A stretch of 63,488 nt of DNA, filler included, from Globobulimina sp. (taxonomy: Eukaryota): NCBI GenBank assembly GCA_003354225.1. It is 29 parts of 29 records of this genome, joined end to end, with 100 filler letters (N's around TTAATTAATTAA, not from the genome) between each part and the next. Parts side by side here need not be neighbours in the genome. Positions count along the whole stretch, not along the records: positions 24,131 to 26,223 come from PIVH01009058.1; positions 26,324 to 28,416 come from PIVH01009059.1; positions 28,517 to 30,609 come from PIVH01009060.1; positions 30,710 to 32,802 come from PIVH01009061.1; positions 32,903 to 34,995 come from PIVH01009062.1; positions 35,096 to 37,188 come from PIVH01009063.1; 23 more parts are not named here. One strand, written 5' to 3'. The notes beneath the pieces were generated by a model that did no database searches, had not been told where the DNA came from, and was given only the letters and a program-made list of their open reading frames with translations. Both the position numbers and the translations under genes were made by a program. The number at the start of each line of letters is the position of its first letter. The first letter of the stretch is position 1. Below, one piece after another: positions 24,657 to 35,978 of the stretch.

Positions 24657-24723
24657 AACACTTTTTTTTGATGAATTTAATGTTCAGGACCTATATAGTT
24701 GAGATTATCATTAAATATTAAAC

Positions 24724-25919
24724 ATGCAATCCATGCGCTCTTTGTTCAGCAGATTACTTTATAAAGAAGAGCGTGAATGTTTGGTATTTGGATATATTCG
24801 TCAACAATTCCGTTTATTGTACATTCCATCAGATATTATAAAATTGTGCCTATCTTTATATGATGATGTATGTTATTGGCAAATAAAAGACAATAAATAC
24901 GACGAGTTCATATCATACGGATTTGCCAAAGCAATAAACGGCCCAATATTTAAGATTAGAAATGTTGAATTTCAATTATATTCATTTCCAAACGGTGAAT
25001 ACCTTGGGGAACTTGGATACATTCAGTTATATCTAAAAGTTTTAAAATATCCTCGACAAATGAAAGCATTGCATATTTATTTTGTGCTGTATTGTCAACA
25101 AACACAAAATGAATTTAGGTATTCTACTTTCCTTATTTCAATATCACATAACCCAAACTATTATTTTTTAATTATAAGGAGGGCAAAGATATTCAACTTT
25201 AAAATTGTTAGCAGTGGAACTGGAACAGTCAAACATGAACATGTTGAATATGCTCATGCTTGGGCAGGTTTGTACAATTGCAATGTCATAATCTTACGTA
25301 CGTTTTGAGCAAAAAATACAAACTATGAACAGCGCATTGTGCTCCACTCAAAGACTGTCAACACTTGAAAAGCAAGACAATAACTTTTGGCGCAATGGTT
25401 GATATTATGCATATTGAATATCATTGTCATGATAATAAACTATTTAAAAACTATGCAACGCCAATTGTTGCCAATATAAAAAGTGAATATGAATGGAGTT
25501 TGAACGAGAAACAGATTGAAAAATTGAAATTATTGGATTATGAACAATTTGTTTGCAGTGACAGATTTGGTAATAATTGTTGGCGTTTAGGTTGTATGCC
25601 GAATGGCCAAAAGAATGAAGAAAGGGGTAACTTGTCATTAGGTTTAGTTTTGTATAAAATGGCGTTTGGTTTACAATGTATCAAAGTTAATTATACATTG
25701 ACTTGTAAAGAAACAGGGACAGTTTGGACTGACACAAAGAATTACATAATAAATGTAAAATGGACATCATGGCCAAATGGATTGTTTGCCACAGAGCAAT
25801 TGACTAAACATAAAGCATTGACATTTACTGTGAAATTGGAAGTTGTTGGATTAATATCTTCCGAGCTTGGAACTGTTGCTCGCAAAGAGTGGCATAAATA
25901 TGGATTTGTTGATTCCTAA
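24724..25919 (+). CDS. Tandem MATH-like domain protein, 3 exons
   Basis: Introns 25119-25178 and 25268-25332 join the ORFs in frame; FQLYSFPNG...IQLYL and WRLGCMPNG...LSLGL repeats. Confidence 0.7.
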
Positions 25920-26017
25920 AAAACATATTTGTTGATTTCTGGTCAAACATATTTCTTCGGCAAGTCAAAAAAGACTAAAACTTTTTATCATTTTGAAAGA
26001 AAAATCAGTTTGCGAGG

Positions 26018-26223
26018 ATGGATCCAATGATAGTCCTAGAATGGGTCCTAATAGTATTCCTAGTCACGTTAAGTGGTTTATTCAGTGGTTTGAATTTAGG
26101 ATTAATGGGTTTAGACCCAATTGGTTTACAAATCGTAATGGCCTCTGACAATGCAAAAAATCGGGCTGCCGCCACCAAAATCCAACCCTTACGTAAACAC
26201 GGCAACTGGTTATTATGTACGTT
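26018..26223 (+). CDS. CNNM/DUF21 metal transporter N-terminus (3'-partial)
   Basis: LSGLFSGLNLGLMGLD...IQPLRKHGNWLLCT. Confidence 0.9.
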
Positions 26224-26323
26224 NNNNNNNNNNNNNNNNNNNNNNNNNNNNNNNNNNNNNNNNNNNNTTAATTAATTAANNNNNNNNNNNNNNNNNNNNN
26301 NNNNNNNNNNNNNNNNNNNNNNN

Positions 26324-26824
26324 TGTTGCTGCAGGTTTATTGCATTGAATGTGGTTACATTTTTGGGGGAAAGTGGAAGTAAGATGGCCCGGGCTGAGAG
26401 TGATTATGATATCATTGACAATAATCTATCGATTTCATGCGGTTTATGTCCGATACAAAGTCATTATAAAACAAAATCAAGACTGCGGAATATATGGCAC
26501 AGCAAAATATTGGCATATTCAGCATATTCAAAGGAAAATGAGCTCGAGTCTAGTTGTGATTGGTTTGATATGTTACAAACAGGGGTTGGCACGATGTGTG
26601 ATATTTGTTTGATTGGATTTCATCATATGAGCTATTTGTATGTATGTGCCTCTCCATTAGAGCAACAACATGATATTTGTGTGCCGTGTATGAATAGAAA
26701 TGTATTACAATATAAACGATTGCAAAAATTATTAAATGAGTTGTATTTTATACATGGATTGGATCATTATTGTGTTTCACAAATCGTATTTTGTTTGGTT
26801 GGCTGGGTTAGTTTGAACGATTAA
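26324..26824 (+). CDS. Cys/His-rich (RING/PHD-like) protein fragment
   Basis: CDIC...YVC...HDICVPC. Confidence 0.4.
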   Translation, partial: CCCRFIALNVVTFLGESGSKMARAESDYDIIDNNLSISCGLCPIQSHYKTKSRLRNIWHSKILAYSAYSKENELESSCDWFDMLQTGVGTMCDICLIGFHHMSYLYVCASPLEQQHDICVPCMNRNVLQYKRLQKLLNELYFIHGLDHYCVSQIVFCLVGWVSLND

Positions 26825-26969
26825 TTTGTAGATATTGTATTGTTTAATAATATTAAGGAGATACTTAGATCTAAATTTCAAACAACGTAGTTCTACTGTT
26901 CGGACTTTCTAAGGGCATTATTTAGTGAGTGGTTTTTAAAGTTTTTCTCTAAATAAACTCAGTGTCACC

Positions 26970-27856
26970 ATGCCATTATTATTTGATGCTGCGTCCATTG
27001 GGTTATCCTTTGTGGCAGCATTTAGTGCATTCATTGGTTTCGAGATTGTCCATGAATTAATTAAGCAAATTCGCAGGAAAAAACAATGCAACGTATGCAT
27101 GTGTTCATTGATTATATGGGCTATATTGCTTGAAATTGTACCCTTTATTTTTTATTACCTTATTGGTGGTCAAAATGCAGCAATATTTATCATTGGCTAT
27201 CCATTATCAGTCTTACTTATGACATTATTGTACTGCGGCAGATTATATAACCGCTTAACAAATGGCTTAGTCCAAGGCTTATCCGCATTGCAACCATCAC
27301 GACATCCGAGTATTGCGAGGATTGCCAGTGTTGACAAAAAGACAGCGGTAGCAACGGTAGCACCGCCTGTTCATATTAACATTGCAGACGAGACAGAAAA
27401 GAATAGCATCGATATTATTATGGCGGAATGTATTGGATTCTCTGTCTACAACCAAAGGATTATGAGCCAATTGGATATATGTCATGCAATGTGGATGGAT
27501 ATTGTTATAATAATTGTGGCAAAGCACAGGAATCAGTGTTTGAGATTGTTGCAAACGATACAAACGATTATGTGGACATTATATTTTGTGAAAATCCGAG
27601 TGAAGGGACACGATCACCGCAGAAAATTTGTATGAAAGAAGAAGGACATTGGTGCGGATATGTTGGAATGTGGGACAATTCGCATAGTGCATGGAAGTTG
27701 GTTGTTGCTGAGGCTTTGCCTGGAAATCGGTATAAAATACAATATTTTGTGGATGGATCAATGAGCGGATGGTTAGGGAGTGATGATGATAGTAAATGGT
27801 GCAAAATATTGCAGAAAGAGGAAGACGCTGCGATTTATATTTTAGGCAGACATTAA
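26970..27856 (+). CDS. Multi-TM protein with a C-terminal globular domain; apparent frameshift near 27405
   Basis: Three hydrophobic helices in ORF 26970; coding-like sequence continues in overlapping ORF 27428. Confidence 0.4.
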
Positions 27857-28516
27857 CAAATTTTTATTTTTATTTCATTGTTTTTTTTCAATCATAGTTA
27901 TTTTTTTTATTTTTTTTCCCCGTTTTGTGTTGAATTTTTTTATCCATTTTTTCAATAAGTTTTGAATGTGTTTTGTATTTTGATTTATTAAATAGAATCA
28001 CTTATTTATATTTTGCGTTTATACTGGAAATAATAACTTGTATTTATTCATCTCACCAAAGAACATCGACAATTTGGAAACAGATTGAATGAAAAATGTC
28101 CCGTAAATAAATTGATATCATATTTTTGTAGTATAAACATAGGTTTGTACTGCAGGGGAAAAATAAGCCAGTCCAGTTATAACATTCACCGTACAGTTGA
28201 TTGTAGTGGTTGTGTTCCCACTCACCAAATAAGTTACTATCCTATACTAATACTAATAATATTACTTATAGTTTAGTGTTGTTATTAACACTAACGTTAA
28301 CTTTGTAGATCTTTCTGTATTAACTTCAAATAAAACTCAAAGTAATACATTCTGCTTTCAACTGTGTACCGCAAATATAGTGTTATAGGATTTGGTTAGG
28401 ATATCAGTTTAGTGCANNNNNNNNNNNNNNNNNNNNNNNNNNNNNNNNNNNNNNNNNNNNTTAATTAATTAANNNNNNNNNNNNNNNNNNNNNNNNNNNN
28501 NNNNNNNNNNNNNNNN

Positions 28517-29817
28517 AATTTTGCATCGATCTCAATAATCATTCCTAGGCCACCTCCAATCACAATTTCTGCGATGTCACGGCAGCTGGTCGATGCATAA
28601 GTAATAAAATATGCTTCCTCAGCAATTGTTCGATCCAATTGAACTCCCTCCAGCCATGAATAAAGTTTCTCTGATACTTTTTCTTTGTATGATCCTTTTT
28701 CTTTGTTTCTTAACCGACGAATGGCAGTATACAGACAATAATCCAACCATTTCCATTTATTGTAATCACCATTTCGTTGAGTTTGGCATAAATCATCGTT
28801 ACAATCGGAAACGAGTATAGGATAAACGGAAGACCCAGTATAAAGCAAAAGCGCTAAAATTTGATCCTGTCGTAAAGGTTTGCCCATTTGTTGATGTAGT
28901 TCACATTTCATTTTTTCATCTACGATTGTTAATAAACTCCGTGTTTTGTCGTCATTCAACCATAACTCTTTTCCAAATCCATTATTTTCCACTTCCTGCA
29001 CCAATGCTTGAAGGAACCCTTTCGTTTCATCATATTTATATTCCTGCATATCTGAGGATGTTGGCTTATACAATGGCATATTCTGTACCCAGCTGAAATT
29101 ATCCACTTTATCCAGTTTATTTTGACAATTTCGTGAAATATGTCTATAGAGTGTTATATGACACCTATCACCAATTCGATTGTCAGTGCATTTCTCACCA
29201 GATTCAATCCTTTTATATGCAAAGCAATCTGTTCCATGTTTGCAAACTGGTTTTTGTGATATTCCATTAAAATGTCTGTTCTTTCGTAAATGATAGAAGT
29301 TTTGTTCTGTATATTCATACTGATACTTTGTGGCTAAGTAAATTGGACAGTAGCATGGATTTGTGTTTTCTTTGCTGTCTATCATATGTTTGCAAGTAAT
29401 TTCGCCTTCTTTTGCTCGATGCTCCAACCTCCACATTTCGTCTTCTTTTAGGCGAATTTTTAGGCCTTTGATCATAATTTTCTTTCTTTCATATTCAATC
29501 AATTTGTTGCGACATATTTCTTCATATTTTGTCAGCCAACATTGTAGTTCATCAGATCCTGAATTCATGAAAGAGTCACCACAAATAGCAGCCACTTTGT
29601 ATGACGGTGATCTATATTTATTACAGATTTCATGCAAAACAATCAATAATAAATCTTTAATTGTTGTGTGTTGTGTGTAAGAATAAATAAAGCTAAATTG
29701 TTTTGATTCAATATTTTCACCACCGACATGAATAGGTATTCTCACCGTTGTTTGATCACCACGTGGTTGGATACGCGTATCATGCTGTTGAGAGTTACTC
29801 ATTGTTAACTGATGCAA
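28517..29817 (-). CDS. ART-like (ADP-ribosyltransferase fold) protein with PBZ-like zinc finger (3'-partial)
   Basis: LALLLYTG...LYTAIRRL...YFITYASTS ('STS' motif); CKHGTDC...HITLYRH. Confidence 0.55.
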
Positions 29818-30008
29818 TTTTCGATCACCATGGGCGACAATTCAAGAATAACTCAATACTTTAACAATAAAAAACGAATAATGATAATAACAGGAAAAAA
29901 ATAACTTATACTTATAAAAATATATATTATTTTCATTCATTTATGAGAAAAAAAAAGAAAAAAACTATAAAACATAAAAATCATAATGTCATTGTTGTGA
30001 ATGTTGTC

Positions 30009-30530
30009 TTATTGCTGTTTATGCGCAGTACGTGCACTGTGAACCATTTTATAAAACTCTCCATTCGGCTCATTCAATAAATTGTACGGTGTGTCGCATT
30101 CAACAATTTTCCCTTTTGCTAAAACAATAATTTTATCATAATCCATAATGATATCCAATTTATGCGCAATGCACAAAACAGTGGCATTGGCGAATTCCTT
30201 TCGAATTAAAGTTTGTATCACACTCTCAGTGTGCGTATCAAATGTATTTAATTCATCCAACGCTAAAACCTTCGATTTCGACAACAAAGCACGACCAACA
30301 CAGATTAACTGTTTCTGTCCAACAGTCAGCTTATTCCCCCCTCCGCGCACAATAAAATCCAATTCATCTTCCTTCGATTGCACAAAATCAAACAATTCAC
30401 ATTTCTTCAACACATCCCATATCTCACCATCTCTCCTTTTCTGGAACGGATCCAAATTATGCACCACACAACATGGATGGGGCCTTGTGGCGACTATGTA
30501 GCTACTTCTACTTAGCTGCATCTGCATCAA
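30009..30530 (-). CDS. ABCC/MRP-type ABC transporter NBD2 C-terminal fragment
   Basis: NLDPF, GNKLTVGQKQLICVGRALL, VLALDE, TVLCIAHKL, IVECDTP. Confidence 0.85.
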   Translation of the reverse strand: MMQMQLSRSSYIVATRPHPCCVVHNLDPFQKRRDGEIWDVLKKCELFDFVQSKEDELDFIVRGGGNKLTVGQKQLICVGRALLSKSKVLALDELNTFDTHTESVIQTLIRKEFANATVLCIAHKLDIIMDYDKIIVLAKGKIVECDTPYNLLNEPNGEFYKMVHSARTAHKQQ

Positions 30531-30709
30531 AAATCATCCGCCCGAGCATTTTTCATTGGAAGTTATGATACTAATTCCATCGTGGCAAATCAGAAAGGGA
30601 AAGATAGAANNNNNNNNNNNNNNNNNNNNNNNNNNNNNNNNNNNNNNNNNNNNTTAATTAATTAANNNNNNNNNNNNNNNNNNNNNNNNNNNNNNNNNNN
30701 NNNNNNNNN

Positions 30710-32802
30710 CCTTACTTGAGTAATTTAAATTAAAAACTCTGAAGTAAAAAATGAGTACGGTGTAAAAATGCTGTCACTTAAATGTTCGCTTATACCTGTT
30801 TCGTATCTCTTAATTCCGGCTGATTGGACGATTTCCGTAACCTAAATTCATTCAAACCCAATCCCAACTCATTGCCAATTTGTATTTTAAATTGCAACAA
30901 TGACGCTTCCTTCGACAGCCTCACTGCATGACTGAATTCCAAGCGTTTCTTAAAGACATGATCTACACTCTGTCGTTTAGCACCTATCATTTTCGGCGTC
31001 ATCAACAATTCCTCCACACGGTCCATGGCAGATTTTGCTGGTAACGGCTCATTAAATTGTACGGTGATTTTAAGTCGCTGTTCTTCATAAAGTACGGCTA
31101 ATTTACGGCGTTGATATGACGGATTTAATGTGGGTATTTTGGCCAATTTGGATGCATTTGCATCAGTTTTTTGCTCATTGTCGTCGGAATGATGGGCGGT
31201 TTTAAGGAGGGATTGTTTTGATTGCAGTTCAATGAATAGCATGGCACCTAATTTAATGTTATAATCCTGTAAATTCTTACCCTCTTCAAAAAATAAACGG
31301 ATTCTGTTATATTCGAATTTAATTAGATTTAATTGCTGCGCATCAAATTTGCTTCGATCCTCGAGATTATTCAACCATTCTTCGGGAACTATATCATGTT
31401 CACATAACTTTTCATATAAAACTGGTTTGATTTTAGCTAACGGTGCCTTTGCATCCACAACAACCGAACATATGCCACCTGCATAATTCACACAAAAAAA
31501 TCAAGTTTCAAACTGACATATTTTGAGTTTCAAACTGAATCACAAAAATGATACATGGTCAGTTTCAAACTGCATAATTTTTCAGTTTCAAACTGAAAAA
31601 CATTAGTTACTGCATATTTTTTCAGTGCGTACCTGGCGGCAAATCCTTTTTTGTAAAGGTAGCGGATTGAATAAACCCTCTGTCCACTAACGAGGCCGTA
31701 TTTTCTTCCGTGACCACAAACAGCGAAATCAATATGGAATTTGGATCAAAATACTCAAATTTTGTGGCAATCTCATCCTTAATCTCCAACTTCAAATACA
31801 ATCCATGCTTGGGCCATTTTGCAATTTCAACCTTACTCTGTTGTACATTCTCATCGTCATAACCCTCCGCAATAAAGTCATACTCCACATAATATTTCCT
31901 CAAACGACTATTTTGCAAAGGAATTTCTGCATCATTTATAGCAAAACATTTGCGTACAAACCGCAATAATGACTCAAATGTATATTCTTCAACATCTATT
32001 TTAATACATATTTCTGTGCCATTTTCACTGTATTTCACCTCTGTTTTTTCATCCTTTTTCTCGTCGGAATCTGCGTGATTTTGCATTGGAACAGTCGCTG
32101 TGTTTGCATTTGGATAGGACACATTCATAGTTATTGTCCGCATCTCTTTTTGCCATTGTTGCCATTGTATTTTTATGATCTCATCTTCTTTCTCGATCAT
32201 TCGGGTCAAATATTGGGGGAAATGCCCATAATCGGCGGGCAATTTTAAGTTGGTCTGTCTGTATAATAATACATAGCCGGTTCCACGCACCTTTTCGCCG
32301 CCAAATGCATTCTCAAACTCTGCGCTTTTTTCATCCAATTCGCGCACAGCACTGTCGTTAAAACAATACCATTTCTTGTCATCATACGGTTTAATATATG
32401 CATAATAATGGCCACCCAAAGCACCGCCGGACTGAATTATCACTGACAAAAAATATTTTGCATTTTTTTTGTTGATAAAAAATAGGTTTTCACAGTGCAG
32501 AAACGAATGTTTTCATTTCGGAGTTATATAAAACATATATTGCATACCTCCGTATAATGAATATTTGAGGTCGTCGACATTCTGGATATGGTCGTGAAGT
32601 ATTTGCTGATCGATATACGTTTTCATATCCAACTCTTTTGGGAAAGTGACTTTGTGCGAAACTTTTGTTCTCCGATTTAACTCCCAATTGAATTGAAACC
32701 GTTTTAATTGGATAATTAATAAAGATGGCAATTTCTTAAATTTTAAACCTTTTTTAAAATCTTGTTTTTTGTTACATTGGTAACAATTTACTTGGTTGCC
32801 TT
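30710..32802 (-). CDS. Ubiquitin-specific protease (USP47/USP40-like), internal multi-exon fragment
   Basis: LIIQLKRF, His box GGHYYAYIK, WYCFNDS, GYVLLYRQ; GT-AG introns including 31632-31479. Confidence 0.85.
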
Positions 32803-32902
32803 NNNNNNNNNNNNNNNNNNNNNNNNNNNNNNNNNNNNNNNNNNNNTTAATTAATTAANNNNNNNNNNNNNNNNNNNNNNNNNNNNNNNNNNNNNNNNNN
32901 NN

Positions 32903-33265
32903 CTTCTATGTAACCCCGGCGGTGTAAAAACTATTCATCGAGCTTCTTTTATACCTAATGCTATGTATAGATTTGAATATCTGTTTTTAACCTGTAATTT
33001 TGTTTCAAATAGTGAAACCCCTGTCGGGCAAATGCCGCTATTGAGAACGATTCCGATTCCAATGTTGGATTTAAGCTTAAATAAGCGCATCACTATCGAA
33101 TTTAATGAACTTGTATATATGCCAGTTGTAAGTAATTACTTCAATACTTTGCGTTTCAAATTTTTCGATTCTCAATTCAATGAAATTGTAGATTTTGTAG
33201 ACAATGATGAAAGTGCGTACATTATGTTGAAATTTAAACATATTCCTTTTATTTACCCAGTATGA
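32903..33265 (+). CDS. Polinton/Maverick minor capsid protein (penton), C-terminal part
   Basis: YLFLTCNFV...PLLRTIP...IEFNELVYMPV...LRFKFFDS...IMLKFK matches the mCP C-terminal pattern; lies upstream of the MCP. Confidence 0.75.
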   Translation, partial: LLCNPGGVKTIHRASFIPNAMYRFEYLFLTCNFVSNSETPVGQMPLLRTIPIPMLDLSLNKRITIEFNELVYMPVVSNYFNTLRFKFFDSQFNEIVDFVDNDESAYIMLKFKHIPFIYPV

Positions 33266-33336
33266 CGTGTTGTTTACATTGTGTATTTCATCATGATTAG
33301 TCATGATCACGCTGTCTTGATATTCATTGTTGTGTG

Positions 33337-33816
33337 ATGATGTCATATTGCCAAGGTGCACCAAATAATCTGCAGAATAAATTTATTAATTCGTTGTCAA
33401 AACTATTAGCCAAATATAAACCTGTAACATACGAAACACCTCTAAGTGGACAGCAAGGTCCCATTGGTGTAATTGGAGGGAGTGGTCCCTCTAACATTCG
33501 TGGTCTGAATACTATTGAGTGGCCAGAATCATATTTCTATAACGATTCACCAACTCCGAAAAGAAAAGGAAAAGGAAAGAAGGGCAAAGGAGGTAAAAAA
33601 ATAGTAGCAAAAAAAGTTCGTAAATCCAAAAAAGGTGGTGAAGTGCAGGAAAAAAATAAACGAAAACCAAAAGTTGGTAGGGGAAAAGGACAAGCTGGTA
33701 AATGTAAACAAATACAAAAAAAGGCTACAAAAGGCGGTCGTAAAGGTGGTAAAAAAAGTTCCAAAAAATTGACCAAGACCGAAATTTTGAATCAGTTGAA
33801 AACTCTGTTTAAATAA
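33337..33816 (+). CDS. Lys/Gly-rich basic protein, putative virion core/DNA-condensing protein
   Basis: Highly basic C-terminal half; sits between penton and MCP; stop overlaps the MCP start (TAATG). Confidence 0.6.
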   Translation: MMSYCQGAPNNLQNKFINSLSKLLAKYKPVTYETPLSGQQGPIGVIGGSGPSNIRGLNTIEWPESYFYNDSPTPKRKGKGKKGKGGKKIVAKKVRKSKKGGEVQEKNKRKPKVGRGKGQAGKCKQIQKKATKGGRKGGKKSSKKLTKTEILNQLKTLFK

Positions 33817-34995
33817 TGGCGCCCAAACGGAAAAGAATTGTGGAAAATACTATGCCCACTCAGCCCATCACTGGTGTTCAAAGTTTAGAGGTAATACTTA
33901 AAATCTATGTTTTGAGGGTAATGAATGTTCTATAATAAGTGTATTCCAGTTATTTGATCTTGATCCGGTCCAACTTAGTATAACCTCGGAGCAATGGCAG
34001 TCATTTGAACCCCTGACCCAACTTCAAGGCACCGATCAATCGATCACATTCAGAATACCGGCTGTCAGTGATGAATTTACCGACAGTAAAGTTTATGTTG
34101 AAGGCTCATTTCAAATTGTAAATGGTGATGATACAGTTCTTGGTCTGAATGTCGAGGTCGCTCCAGTTTCTAATAGCTCACACTCATTTATTTCTGACGT
34201 AGATGTCGCTTTAAATGGTGTTACAATATCAGGGCGTTCTGCCGGTAATTATAGTTACCTCGCCTATGTGGATTCAGTATTTCAAACCAACGCTACCCAG
34301 AAAACTAATCTTGATGCTCTCGAGTTACTTTATCAAAATGTTAATTCTAAATTTGATACAATGGATAATACGAATTTAGGATTTAAGGTTTGTTGGATAT
34401 GAAAAGTATTCAACAACTGGTGAAGTATAGATAATATTATTTTTCTAGATGCGAAAGGGGCTGGCTGCAAGAAGCGCAGACATATACTTTTATTCGTTGT
34501 TGAAATCGGGTATATTTAAACAGAACAAAGCTCTCTTACCTAACATTAGAATGGACATTACAATAAGACAGACAACTGGTAGATATTTTTTTTGGAGGAC
34601 AAAATAAAATTTTATTTTATTTTAATTTAGATGCCTTTCGCGTGATGAGCGGCAGACCTCTTCCTGATCGAAATCAAAAGTTAAAATTAAGAGGCCTGAA
34701 GATCTGGGTCAAAAGACTTCGTTTAGTCCCTGGATTATATTGGTCTATTATGAAACAATTAGCCAGCACACCAACTTCGTATCCCATCGAAAGAGTAATA
34801 ATATTTTACAAAATAGACAGCTCTCATTTTTAATGTGATTTATGTTTTTTAGTCTGCCGTACAAACTTATTCCTTTCTACCAGGGACTCAAGTGGTCGAT
34901 CTGAATTTATTACCTATACAAACCGTATTACCGCATGCGGTATATTTGATGATCGTATCGACTGATCGCTATAATGGAAATTTGGCATTGTCTCC
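33816..34995 (+). CDS. Polinton/Maverick (adintovirus-type) major capsid protein with four spliceosomal introns (3'-partial)
   Basis: Exons 33816-33890, 33950-34387, 34449-34578, 34631-34794 and 34853-edge give a stop-free protein: SLE|LFDLDPVQLSI..APVSNSSHSFISDVDVALNG..YSYLAYV..NLGFK|MRK..IFKQNKALLP..SYPIER|SAVQTYS..LPHAVYLMIVSTDRYNG. Confidence 0.85.
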
Positions 34996-35154
34996 NNNNN
35001 NNNNNNNNNNNNNNNNNNNNNNNNNNNNNNNNNNNNNNNTTAATTAATTAANNNNNNNNNNNNNNNNNNNNNNNNNNNNNNNNNNNNNNNNNNNNAAAAT
35101 AGCTGACTGTACTTAAAAACTTTTGTGCAAGGATTTGCAGTTTTTTTTTTTACA

Positions 35155-35901
35155 TTATTGCATGCGAGCATGTCTTCGCCAAAAATTAACAGACTCTTCG
35201 TATTTATGATGATCCAAACTAACTCCAGAACCACCTTCCTTTAAAGGTAATGCATTTCTCATCATAGTGGATGGCTCCATCGGAATTTCAAATGCTTGCA
35301 TTTGTGGTTTAATACTAATAATTCCCCATGGCGATTTTTGATTGTTTTGAATATTCATTGCATGGTTTTCTTTTTCAATTTGCTGTCTTGAATATAAAAT
35401 AATATCCAAATATTTTGCAGTTGTTTGGAATGTTTGCAACTCGTTTTTATAATTTTTAGCATCAAACCACCGCATTAAAACAGGTAGTTCTTGCTCTCTT
35501 CTTTGAATATAATCACATTTTAAACATTTTTCATTTTTTTCATTAATTTCAAAAATAGTTTGTGGCAAATCTTCAACAAAATTTGCAACAAATAGATGTT
35601 TACAAAAAGGAGCATATCCATCTTTTAATTGGATATTATTTGATTTATTATGATATAATTCGTTTATTTTATTTTCAAATTGTCGCCGATCATAATTAAT
35701 AAAAGCTTTGTTTGCATATTTGTTGTCTTTATAAATAAAGTTTCTTTCTGCATAAGGATCCAAACAAAATAATGGATATCCAATGTCTTTATTCCATTCT
35801 ATTTCACCTTTTATTATGTTTGATGAATATTTTCGAATCAAATTGATTGTTATAACAGATGACGAATAATTTAAATTATGTACTAAGCCAACACGGATCA
35901 T
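35155..35901 (-). CDS. DUF3228-family protein
   Basis: DGYAPFCKHLFV, YLDIILYSRQQI, WGIISIK, PMEPSTMMRNAL, EGGSGV. Confidence 0.85.
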   Translation of the reverse strand: MIRVGLVHNLNYSSSVITINLIRKYSSNIIKGEIEWNKDIGYPLFCLDPYAERNFIYKDNKYANKAFINYDRRQFENKINELYHNKSNNIQLKDGYAPFCKHLFVANFVEDLPQTIFEINEKNEKCLKCDYIQRREQELPVLMRWFDAKNYKNELQTFQTTAKYLDIILYSRQQIEKENHAMNIQNNQKSPWGIISIKPQMQAFEIPMEPSTMMRNALPLKEGGSGVSLDHHKYEESVNFWRRHARMQ

Positions 35902-35978
35902 TTCTTCTTAACTCTTTTCCTCCAAATTAGTTAATTTTATGAGTGCGTTGAGGATATGTAAAGCCATACTAAAAAACT

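Noticed and set aside
31504-31595. GTTTCAAAC motifs reminiscent of CRISPR repeat ends
   Set aside because: Only 12 bp, irregular 10-23 nt gaps, located inside a spliceosomal intron
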